This document shows positions 56,238-64,000 of a stretch of DNA of 64,000 nucleotides, piece after piece. The stretch covers positions 18,357 to 82,356 of the IMG/VR virus record IMGVR_UViG_2974717242_000001, one strand, 5' to 3'. The position numbers and the translations under genes were made by a program. The DNA comes from Bongovirus reindeer. Taxonomy: Duplodnaviria > Heunggongvirae > Uroviricota > Caudoviricetes > Vilmaviridae. Within the stretch, counting starts at the first letter, position 1; each line of letters begins with the position of its first letter. The notes under the pieces were generated by a model that saw only the letters and a list, made by a program, of their open reading frames with translations, was not told the origin of the DNA and made no database searches.

Positions 56238-56520
56238 TCACGCGCGTCCACGCGCATCCTCCTCGGCCTCATCAGCGGCCCGACCACTCGCGTAGTACGC
56301 CATCCAGTCGGTCAGGTCACGCACAAGATCCGGCACCTTCTGGGCGAGAATCTCGATGGGCTCGCCAACGTTCTGGGGCCTCCCGCGCTCGATGATTCGG
56401 CCATTGTCAGCCACACGCTCAACGGTGAGCGTGCGCTGAATGATCAGCCGGTCGAGTCGACCCCCGACCGTCCTCCTCTGGTTCCACGTTGTATGCGGTG
56501 ATCTTCCGGTCGAACGCCAT
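56238..56520 (-). pseudogene. frameshifted small gene (G5 homopolymer)
   Basis: ATG 56520 with canonical leader RBS. Frame stops after 33 aa. The +1 frame is open for 62 further protein-like aa. Removing one G from run 56461-56465 restores a 95-aa ORF. Confidence 0.4.
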
Positions 56521-56610
56521 GTTCTTCATTCCCTTCTGTCGTGTTGTGGTGCTGAGTACACCAAAGGGGGCACCGACCAATGCCGATGTCCCCGAGTTGC
56601 GCTCAGAACC

Positions 56611-56679
56611 CTAGAACTGTTTGAACAGCAGGATGATGGTCGCCAGCACTACAGCCAGTGACCAGTAAGCAGCCGTCAT
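56611..56679 (-). CDS. tiny hydrophobic peptide (22 aa)
   Basis: RBS GAAGGAGGG, ATGA overlap with upstream gene stop. MTAAYWSLAVVLATIILLFKQF. Confidence 0.3.
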   Translation of the reverse strand: MTAAYWSLAVVLATIILLFKQF

Positions 56680-57029
56680 ACAGCCCTCCTTCGTTCCCAG
56701 CCGCGCCGCGCCCACTGCGTTTGAGACCACTTGTTGCGCATGATGGTCTCGGCCATGCGTTGCAGCTGGCTCGGGTTCGCGTAGTACTCCTGAGAGTTCA
56801 ACGCGTCAGCGAGACCCGCGTGATAGCCACGGTTGTGGTCCACCACGTCGAACCCCATGCCGTCAGCCGTGAATGGGATGCCCTCCCAGTCCGGTGGCCA
56901 CATGATGACCGTCTCCCAGTAGTCGAACGACCCACCGAGGTACGCGGTGGACACTTGGACCACGCCGACCCCGTCAATGACGAAGCCTTGCATGACTTGA
57001 CGGTTCGGCCGAAACATGGTGTCACTCAT
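56676..57029 (-). CDS. hypothetical protein
   Basis: Start at MSDTMF with leader RBS. Track ORF extended to 57137. Confidence 0.5.
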   Translation of the reverse strand: MSDTMFRPNRQVMQGFVIDGVGVVQVSTAYLGGSFDYWETVIMWPPDWEGIPFTADGMGFDVVDHNRGYHAGLADALNSQEYYANPSQLQRMAETIMRNKWSQTQWARRGWERRRAV

Positions 57030-57126
57030 CAGTTTCTCTTCCCTTCTCGTGTTGGTGTCCGTCTGGCCACCAAGGAAAGGCACCACAGGTTGCCCTGTGA
57101 TGCCCTCCCCAAGCTGCCAGCCAGCT

Positions 57127-58200
57127 TTATGCCGCAACCAGCTGCGGCATGTCGAGCACCTCGCTCAGGGCCCGCAGCGTGGCCCCGTCGCTCGCCGCGA
57201 TGTCGTTGCGGATGGCACGGTCGTAGACACGTTCCAGCCGCGACGTTCCGCGCACCGAGCGTCCGTGATGCTCGTAGGTGTTGACCGCCTGCACGACACC
57301 GAAAGCGGTGCCCGCGAACGGTGCCGACATGGGATCCACCGTGTAATAGTGGTCGAGCGCCTCACGGCGATTCTCGGCCTTGGTGATCTTGGCCTTGCTG
57401 CTGTCGGCGGGTGCGGGCGGCTCGATGATGTCGAGCACCTTCAGCCACTGCTTGCGGCTCACCTCGATCTGTGCCAGCTCGCGGGTGAAGTCCTGCATCT
57501 CGTGCGCGGACTTGTCCAGGATCGACAGTGCCTCACGGACACCTGCCACCACCTGGGCCCCCATGCTGTTGACGGTGTGCTTGACCTTGTACTGACGGCC
57601 TGCCGCCTTGGCGTCACGCCGGATGACCTGAAACATGTTGTCGCAGATCAACATCCGATTGAACGCCGAATACGTCGTCGAGATCGAGCCGTCGAGCGAC
57701 GTTTGGGCGAGCAGGAACGGCCAAAACTTGAGGCCGGTCTTCTCGTCGTGCATGGTCTCGTCAAGACCGATCTCGACTGCCGCCTGTGCGCCGTTCTTCA
57801 GCGTCAGTGCGGACAGGATCGAAAGCCGGTCCTGCAGAATGTTGCTCACGTTCCGGATGAGCCACTCCTTGTAGTCGTGGATCCGGTAGGACTTCGTGTG
57901 CCGCCCCAACTCCGTGTAGTCATCGGAGCGCACAATTCCCTGTGCGCCCTCGGTGATGACCACACGGGCCGGTCGCCCATCGGGCAGGACAATCACACCC
58001 GGCTCGCCGAGCTGGTCGACGCCGACCGGGACGAAATTGCCCGTGGGCACACTGATGGCCTCCCAGTTGAACAGGCGGCGCTCCACCTCAGCGACAGGGA
58101 TGGGGCCCTCGTAGGTCGGCAGGGTGCCGTCCGTCTGGCCGATCCACCGGTCGCGCTTGGCGGTGTTGCCGATCAATGCGTGAGCGATCTTGGTTCCCAT
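57127..58200 (-). CDS. hypothetical protein (357 aa, largest gene of leftward block)
   Basis: Leader RBS CACGAAGAAGGGAAGAGAACTA-ATG. No recognisable catalytic motif. Confidence 0.6.
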   Translation of the reverse strand: MGTKIAHALIGNTAKRDRWIGQTDGTLPTYEGPIPVAEVERRLFNWEAISVPTGNFVPVGVDQLGEPGVIVLPDGRPARVVITEGAQGIVRSDDYTELGRHTKSYRIHDYKEWLIRNVSNILQDRLSILSALTLKNGAQAAVEIGLDETMHDEKTGLKFWPFLLAQTSLDGSISTTYSAFNRMLICDNMFQVIRRDAKAAGRQYKVKHTVNSMGAQVVAGVREALSILDKSAHEMQDFTRELAQIEVSRKQWLKVLDIIEPPAPADSSKAKITKAENRREALDHYYTVDPMSAPFAGTAFGVVQAVNTYEHHGRSVRGTSRLERVYDRAIRNDIAASDGATLRALSEVLDMPQLVAA

Positions 58201-58316
58201 TAGTTCTCTTCCCTTCTTCGTGTGTTACCCGTTTGTGTAACGGGCATCTGTACCGTCTGAGTACAGCAGAGCGCACAGGGTGATTACAGGGAACCAACCT
58301 GTGCGCTCCTCCCTAC

Positions 58317-58724
58317 TCAGATGTAGGCCTTACCATCCGGCGCGAGATCCACCAGGGCAGCGGTGTGCACAGGTGCACCCGTGTAGCCCAGCGTGAAAGT
58401 CCCTGCCTGATAAGGGTTATAGCGGGCTTGAGTGCCAGGCAGTACGTGAGTGATGCGCGGGTCATTGATGTCGACCAGCGTGCCCACCACACCCGCGTGC
58501 ACACTCTTGCGCCGCGTGCGGATCACCTTTTGGCGACCACCCTCGCGGACCACGAACTTGGCGTCAATGATCACTGCGCCTGTGGCGTGAGCAACCACCT
58601 TGCCTTTGTTTTCACCGTCCCGTGCCACGATGGACCACTGGTCACGGTGCAGGTTGCGGTATGCGAATACCGTTTGCCCGAACTCGATGCCCCGGCCCTG
58701 GTACGGCTCAATGGTGTAAGACAT
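58317..58724 (-). CDS. hypothetical protein
   Basis: Leader GGAGAAGGGAAAACATC-ATG, 135 aa. Confidence 0.55.
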   Translation of the reverse strand: MSYTIEPYQGRGIEFGQTVFAYRNLHRDQWSIVARDGENKGKVVAHATGAVIIDAKFVVREGGRQKVIRTRRKSVHAGVVGTLVDINDPRITHVLPGTQARYNPYQAGTFTLGYTGAPVHTAALVDLAPDGKAYI

Positions 58725-58822
58725 GATGTTTTCCCTTCTCCGTGTGTTGGTGCTGAGAACACCAGCAGGACAACAGGTCTGGCGAACTGTTGCCCTGAGT
58801 CGCTCTCAGTACGTGTGAACTG

Positions 58823-58950
58823 TCAGAGTTCACCGCCCTTGCGCAGCTTCTGACGGATGGCGCGGCGGTCGGCTCGCTTGAGCTTCTTGCGGTCACCCAA
58901 GCGACGCTCGCCGTGGACCCCGAGCATGCGGCCATGGTTGGAAACGTACA
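58823..58950 (-). CDS. small basic protein (42 aa)
   Basis: Leader AGAGAAGGGATTACAGAT-ATG. MYVSNHGRMLGVHGERRLGDRKKLKRADRRAIRQKLRKGGEL. Below track cutoff. Confidence 0.4.
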
Positions 58951-59045
58951 TATCTGTAATCCCTTCTCTGTGTGTGTATTTCACTGTCTACAGACAGCAG
59001 AGAGCCCACCGACCGTGTGGCCGATGGGCTCTCCTCCGTGTGTAG

Positions 59046-59291
59046 CTAGCTGAGCTTGAAGCTGAGCGTTTGAATCCGCGTGTAACCGCCACGCGACTGC
59101 ATGCGCGGTATCACAACGGTGTTCTCTGTGTACGTGGATTTGGAGTAGTCGCGGTATGTCAGCTCGACCTCGCGACCGGCTATCTGGCAGTCCTGTACCT
59201 CGACCACGCGGCCGTTGTGCACGATCCAGTCGCCTAATCCCAGATCAGACACGGGTGATTCAACCCAGTTGACAATCTTGATCTCAGCCAT
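59046..59291 (-). CDS. hypothetical protein
   Basis: Leader CAGAGAAGGGATAGAACC-ATG, 81 aa. Confidence 0.55.
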   Translation of the reverse strand: MAEIKIVNWVESPVSDLGLGDWIVHNGRVVEVQDCQIAGREVELTYRDYSKSTYTENTVVIPRMQSRGGYTRIQTLSFKLS

Positions 59292-59311
59292 GGTTCTATC
59301 CCTTCTCTGAG

Positions 59312-59464
59312 TCAGCGGAGCTGGCTGATTGCTGCCTTGACATCGCCCAAATCCCAGGCGATTTGTTCATACAGCGGCGTGCCGTCAGTTGCCCTGGCGA
59401 GCTGCCGCTCAAGGTCACTCTCCCACTGGTACAGCTCGCCCAGTGTCATTCCATCGACATGCAT
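59312..59464 (-). CDS. hypothetical protein
   Basis: Leader CACGGAGAAGGGAACAGAGCC-ATG. Track ORF extended to 59512. Confidence 0.45.
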   Translation of the reverse strand: MHVDGMTLGELYQWESDLERQLARATDGTPLYEQIAWDLGDVKAAISQLR

Positions 59465-59540
59465 GGCTCTGTTCCCTTCTCCGTGTGTTGGTCTGAGTTG
59501 ACCAGCGCACACACTGTCACCAGTGTGTGCCCCTACCGAC

Positions 59541-59762
59541 TCAGATCTGAGAAACGATCCTGTAGGTCACTTTCACATGACCATGTGCCATCGTGGCTGT
59601 GAACTCGCGGTCAGATTCGTGCCATTCCACGCGCCATCCACCGTCCGTGTACATCCGGGCAATCCGTGCCAAATTGCGTAGCGCGGCTGAAAGAGTCGAG
59701 ACCCACGGGCCCACCTCGTTACGGTCGGGCGTAGGGCCTTCTCTATCAATCCGGTATGCCAT
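59541..59762 (-). CDS. hypothetical protein
   Basis: Leader CACGGAGAAGGGATAGAGAA-ATG. Track ORF extended to 59840. Confidence 0.5.
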   Translation of the reverse strand: MAYRIDREGPTPDRNEVGPWVSTLSAALRNLARIARMYTDGGWRVEWHESDREFTATMAHGHVKVTYRIVSQI

Positions 59763-59845
59763 TTCTCTATCCCTTCTCCGTGTGTGTTTGCTGCCTAAGC
59801 AGACAAGCGGCAGCACTAGATGCCTAGTGCTGCCTCCCAATCGGC

Positions 59846-60568
59846 TTAGACGACCGCCAAGGGCAAGAAATTCTTGGCCCCAACGCCGTGTACCTCAATC
59901 GAGATCGATGCCTTGCGGCCATTGCCATTGCCGCCGCACTGCATGCACGTGATGCACTGCACCGTGTTGTTTTTGCCCGCCGTGGCAGGGCACTGCACCA
60001 AACCCTTGGGTTTGGGTGCACCCTGCGGACGGACAACAAACCCGCGCCATCCCGCGCGGCGCGCCGCCCGGTAATCCTCGAGCGTGTCGCACGATGCCAT
60101 GCAGAACTCTGCAAGACCCGTGTCGCAAGCACGCCATTGGTGCGTGTAGCCAAGGACACCGTCGGCGATGCTGGCAATGGTTGCCCAGATGTGCGTAGGC
60201 ACCGCTCCAGGGTCGCCGTAGGCACCAAACCGCACCTTGCGACCAATGAACGCGTCAGCGTCGAACGGACGGACATTGCCACGCTTGAATGCGCCCCACA
60301 CCGCATTGGGTGTACGCATGTTGACGTAGCAAGACCGCTTGCGACCATTCGCACGGTCGCCTCGATGAACGCAACCACCGCACACGGCAGCATCGCTACC
60401 GTCCGCAATGGCATCGCTCGGCTTGACATCCGCACGAAGGATCCACGTTTGCACCACGTCGCCGGTCTTGACGTTTGCGGACTTGAATGAAGCCAGCACC
60501 ACAATCGGAGTGACCCCATCGAGAGCCGATACGCCCTGCCAGACAACCATGGTCTGATCTTTCGACAT
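59846..60568 (-). CDS. hypothetical Cys-rich protein (240 aa)
   Basis: Leader CACGGAGAAGGGAAAAGGGAAC-ATG. Multiple CxxC motifs (CGGC, CPATAGKNNTVQCITCMQCGG). Confidence 0.55.
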   Translation of the reverse strand: MSKDQTMVVWQGVSALDGVTPIVVLASFKSANVKTGDVVQTWILRADVKPSDAIADGSDAAVCGGCVHRGDRANGRKRSCYVNMRTPNAVWGAFKRGNVRPFDADAFIGRKVRFGAYGDPGAVPTHIWATIASIADGVLGYTHQWRACDTGLAEFCMASCDTLEDYRAARRAGWRGFVVRPQGAPKPKGLVQCPATAGKNNTVQCITCMQCGGNGNGRKASISIEVHGVGAKNFLPLAVV

Positions 60569-60660
60569 GTTCCCTTTTCCCTTCTCCGTGTGTGTGCCGC
60601 CTGAGAGCAGCAGAAAGCACACCTACCGAGCGGTAGATGTGCTTTCCTCCGTGCTCAGGA

Positions 60661-60885
60661 CTAGGCGCTTGCCAACATGGCGCGTTCTTTCACCTTGCCC
60701 ACCCAACCCGCGTGGCCGATAGCAGCCAGCGTGGGGGAGCTGTAGTGCTCCCATTGTGTTTCTTGACCAGGCCAAAACACGCAAGTCTCGTAGTAGCCAA
60801 ACTGCGCGATATGGACGGTAGAAACATGCACGCGGACACCATTAACTTTGATTTTGTCGCTGGCGACCACCTTGGGGTTACGCAT
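60661..60885 (-). CDS. hypothetical protein
   Basis: Leader CACGGAGAAGGGAAAACATC-ATG. Track ORF extended to 60936. Confidence 0.5.
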   Translation of the reverse strand: MRNPKVVASDKIKVNGVRVHVSTVHIAQFGYYETCVFWPGQETQWEHYSSPTLAAIGHAGWVGKVKERAMLASA

Positions 60886-60964
60886 GATGTTTTCCCTTCT
60901 CCGTGTGTTGTGGTCTGAGTTGACCAGCGCATGCACTGAAAACTCAGCGCATGCCCCTACCTAC

Positions 60965-61246
60965 TCAGCCCATTGCCGCAAGTTCCGCTAGTGACCCTGT
61001 GTCTCGCACCGCAATTCGCTTGCCGGTCTCGAGAAGGATGTTTCCGCAATCCTCAGCGCACGCGTAGCCAGCATTTTCGGCTTCTCGTGTCTGAAGAACC
61101 CAAATGTCCAGATGTGGCAAACGTTCTTTGATAGCGCCAGCTTTCGCCATCGCGCTATGCCAATCGGTTGCCAAGTCCTGGGCACGCTTGAAGTGATTAG
61201 CGCGCCGATTGCGGTAGGCAATCGTCCAATAGGTTGCGTCTCTCAT
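60965..61246 (-). CDS. hypothetical protein
   Basis: Leader CACGGAGAAGGGAACCACC-ATG, 93 aa. Confidence 0.55.
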   Translation of the reverse strand: MRDATYWTIAYRNRRANHFKRAQDLATDWHSAMAKAGAIKERLPHLDIWVLQTREAENAGYACAEDCGNILLETGKRIAVRDTGSLAELAAMG

Positions 61247-61340
61247 GGTGGTTCCCTTCTCCGTGTGTACCGCTGCTAGATACAGCAGAGACTACTTAGC
61301 TCTGCTATATAACCGGCAGAGTAAGTAATCTCCTCCCCAT

Positions 61341-61598
61341 CTAGTCGCCGTTAATGCGCTTGTCCCAGATATTGAATGACTCCATTGCCGCCCGACGTGC
61401 CTCAGATTCTGCGACTTCGGGCCGGTCGCGGAAGTACTTGCGACCATCTGTCATGAGTGCTGGGCCAGCGTCGCCGATCATGTAGACAGCCCACCGATAC
61501 GTATCCGCGTGGACGCCGTGACCTTGCGTGCTGTAGGGCAGGACTGTTGCGTAAACGTTGCCGTTGCGCAGGATCTCGCCCTCTACTGCATTCGTCAT
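61341..61598 (-). CDS. hypothetical protein
   Basis: Leader CACGGAGAAGGGATAGAACC-ATG. Track ORF extended to 61667. Confidence 0.5.
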   Translation of the reverse strand: MTNAVEGEILRNGNVYATVLPYSTQGHGVHADTYRWAVYMIGDAGPALMTDGRKYFRDRPEVAESEARRAAMESFNIWDKRINGD

Positions 61599-61677
61599 GG
61601 TTCTATCCCTTCTCCGTGTGTGGTCTGAATTGACCAGGGCATGCACTGACCATTTGCCAGCGCACACCCCTACCTAT

Positions 61678-61905
61678 TCAGTCCTGCGCATAGACCCGGT
61701 AAAGCGTTCGGATCTCGCCATCCTTGATTGACGCTGTGAGCACATAGCCGGTGATCTCGGTAGACCATCCGCCTGCCTCGTAGGTATCGGCTATCAGCCG
61801 CAGCTGACGCATTGCGCCATGCTCGGAGAGATTCCGGTAGACCGTTCTGCCGTCAATCGCAAACTCGCTACCGTCCTGCTTATGGTGCGTGATCTCAAAT
61901 AGCAT
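61678..61905 (-). CDS. hypothetical protein
   Basis: Leader CACGGAGAAGGGAACACGC-ATG, 75 aa. Confidence 0.55.
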   Translation of the reverse strand: MLFEITHHKQDGSEFAIDGRTVYRNLSEHGAMRQLRLIADTYEAGGWSTEITGYVLTASIKDGEIRTLYRVYAQD

Positions 61906-61990
61906 GCGTGTTCCCTTCTCCGTGTGTGTGTCCTGCTAGGCAGCAGGTAGCCACACATAGACCTCGAGGCCTATGTGTGACTGTCCGTGC

Positions 61991-62212
61991 CTAGTCGACT
62001 GTCTCCAGAACGTCGGCAGTGCCAATCTCAATCGAGCCGCACGCCGCGCAACCCCAGTAGCCGCCGAGATCGACCGTGCCAGCGCTTGCCAGCAATCCAG
62101 CCGACTCGACAAACGCCGAGATACACGCCAGCTCAGATTCATCATCAAAAGCCGAGTAGTCGGCGTTGACGATGGCCGTTGCACACGTGTGGCAGACGTT
62201 GAAAACCTTCAT
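61991..62212 (-). CDS. small Cys-rich protein (first gene of leftward operon)
   Basis: RBS GAAGGGAAG. CHTC ... CAAC pairs. 73 aa. Confidence 0.5.
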   Translation of the reverse strand: MKVFNVCHTCATAIVNADYSAFDDESELACISAFVESAGLLASAGTVDLGGYWGCAACGSIEIGTADVLETVD

Positions 62213-62292
62213 TGATTCTTCCCTTCAGTGCAGGTGGGACCATGCGCCCTCACTCTTCAGACGACCGGTACCAGACCGGTCGCCAGAAGAAT

Positions 62293-62334
62293 GGCCTGAA
62301 GCGACGTTAATCGAGATTAATTCCGCTTCAGGCC
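62293..62334. other. strong hairpin upstream of leftward operon
   Basis: 11-bp perfect stem GGCCTGAAGCG / CGCTTCAGGCC enclosing palindromic loop TTAATCGAGATTAA. Confidence 0.4.
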
Positions 62335-62996
62335 ACCCAAATCACACTTGGAAGATTCAGGAGAAGAAGAGAGTGAACCTCAGTACGCAATGTCTCACCC
62401 GACTCACTCACGCCGTACGAGGTACGTGAGGCTAGCGGCGCATTGCCCTATGCCATGCCTTGGTATTCCGAGAACACTGCAGCCGCCTGCCGCCGTGCCT
62501 CGATACTCCTCCGGTCCTGCTGTATCACGCGACTCGCATTGTCCGCGCGAGTGACCAGGTTCCGATCCAAGGAGGTTCATCAACACTATGGAGTTCTCAA
62601 GCAACGTTTAAGGACACGCCGCAACCGACGTCCGTCCCGCACGCCCGTAGGCCATGCGATTAGCGGGTACTACTCCTTTCTGAAGGCAGTGTTGTAGAAG
62701 GCGCTCCGCCCCTCCCTCGCGGGCTGGGCAGTGCGTCGAACAAGGAGAACATTACGTTTGAACGGCCAGCAACGCAATAGGGGAAGTTAGTTTCCGGACA
62801 CCCAAACTGGGGTCTAAACGTGCCATGAGCTGCGGAAACTCGTCCAAAAAAAAACTTGAAATTGGGCCGGGTCCAGGCTGATTTCCGCTATCCAGCAAAC
62901 ATACCTCTGACCTGCGGTTTTAGGTAAAAGCCCAGGTCAAAGGACATACATAGGTTATCTATATTGGACAAGTGTCCAGCTAACGCCAAAACATGG

Positions 62997-63089
62997 TTTG
63001 ACCTGCAGAAAACTTTTTTCAGCAACATAGTTAACTATGTGGGACACAAGCCCGAAATGGCCCCAAAACTCACCCCGTTTGACCTGCAG
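62997..63089 (+). repeat. direct repeats TTTGACCTGCAG (two copies) plus related CTGACCTGCGG at 62907
   Basis: Identical 12-mers at 62997-63008 and 63078-63089. Share the TGACCTGC half of the genome-wide stoperator-like motif. Confidence 0.5.
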
Positions 63090-63734
63090 ATATGCCACAT
63101 AAGGCCTGGTAGAGAGTTTGACAGGACAAACCCCAGAAATCGGCCGAAAGTTAGCTAGCAAACCTCGAAAATCGACATATTCACGAATCGAGATGTATGC
63201 ATAAGCCCAGGTAAACGCAGAATCGAGGGTCGAAACACGGAGTACAGCTGCCCCGAGAGCGTCGAAAATCGGCCCGTTTTCGAGGGGTCTGTAAACCTCG
63301 TTTGTGCTGGTAGGAGGCCATAGCAAACAGAGGGTTTCGAGGCATGCCGTAGGCCTCGAGTAGGTGACTTAGGTTAGGCAACCCTCAGTAGAGGGACTGT
63401 CTACCAGGACAACGTCACGTGTATGTGGGCCGATTCAACGAGAGCGCCCATTGCTGCCCTCTAGCGTCCACGCAGACGGACGAACTAGGTAAGTCCGGAT
63501 AGAACGCTTGGGTGAGGCCATCCCGATCGCTCACAGCGGCTCTCAGGCCTCGATAGGGAACGGGGCCCGGGTAAATACACCATTCCCTCCCCTCCTGTCA
63601 ACCACTACGTGACAAGCGCTGCATCACAGCACGTGAGGGTTGACAGCAAGCACCAGCATGTGGTACACGCGAGACCAGGTAGCAAACCATAGTTAGCACA
63701 CCTAACCCTGACTCCAGTCAGTACAGCTACCAGG

Positions 63735-63860
63735 AACACACACACCAAACACCAAGCACACACCACATATGCAGGAACACACCCATGTGACCAGCACCAA
63801 CACACCACACACTCCACACCACACCAACCCACACCAACACCAGCAACCACCAAACCGGAG
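63735..63860. repeat. CA/ACC-rich low-complexity microsatellite-like tract
   Basis: About 125 bp composed almost only of C and A (CACACACC, CCAACAC, ACCACAC units) in a 64% GC genome. Confidence 0.6.
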
Positions 63861-64000
63861 TTAGCTACAGCAAACCCGCAAACCAGCTAAAACATGCTCT
63901 GACCAGCGGAAACGTCGAGGCCGGCAAGTGAAATAGCTAACTCCCGAGGATAGCCTGGGGGACACCCCCTGAGCCGGGGACGGCCGGACACCTCGTGCAA

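Noticed and set aside
63605-63853. 82-aa minus-strand ORF
   Set aside because: Artefact of the CA/GT-rich low-complexity tract (Cys/Val/Trp poly-codons).

Overview
The window is a high-GC (~64%) temperate actinobacteriophage (siphovirus-like) genome segment with four transcription blocks. (1) 1-15.2 kb, rightward: 3' part of a tape measure gene, about ten minor-tail genes, then a lysis cassette (lysin A, small protein, holin-like, lysin B) and an NrdH-like redoxin, closed by a strong bidirectional terminator. (2) 15.2-19.6 kb, leftward: 12 small tightly overlapping genes including a lipoprotein, a Cys-rich protein and a Pol-beta-type nucleotidyltransferase. (3) 20.1-51.5 kb, rightward early/replication block: ERF-like SSAP plus PD-(D/E)XK exonuclease, ClpP-like protease, SSB, DnaB helicase, two WhiB-like regulators, Hjc-like resolvase, DnaQ-like exonuclease, dual-specificity phosphatase, five HNH endonucleases, RNR small subunit, RtcB RNA ligase, SPFH/band-7 protein, SLOG(DUF2493) protein and a metallophosphoesterase. 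Embedded at 37.9-43.6 kb is a large tRNA array (at least 20 tRNAs) that also contains a tmRNA (ssrA) gene and several degenerate tRNA-like fragments. (4) 51.4-62.2 kb, leftward: a large serine integrase with an AT-rich putative attP and terminator, then about 25 small leftward genes that each carry a conserved hairpin plus ACACACGGAGAAGGGAA leader. The last 1.7 kb is non-coding and holds TTGACCTGCAG repeats and a CA-rich microsatellite. A 13-17 bp asymmetric motif (TGACCTGCGATTACAGG / core GATTACAGG) recurs at least 11 times in intergenic regions, like the stoperators of cluster A mycobacteriophages; stoperator is used below in that sense. All calls rest on sequence motifs and gene-order logic only; no database searches were run.
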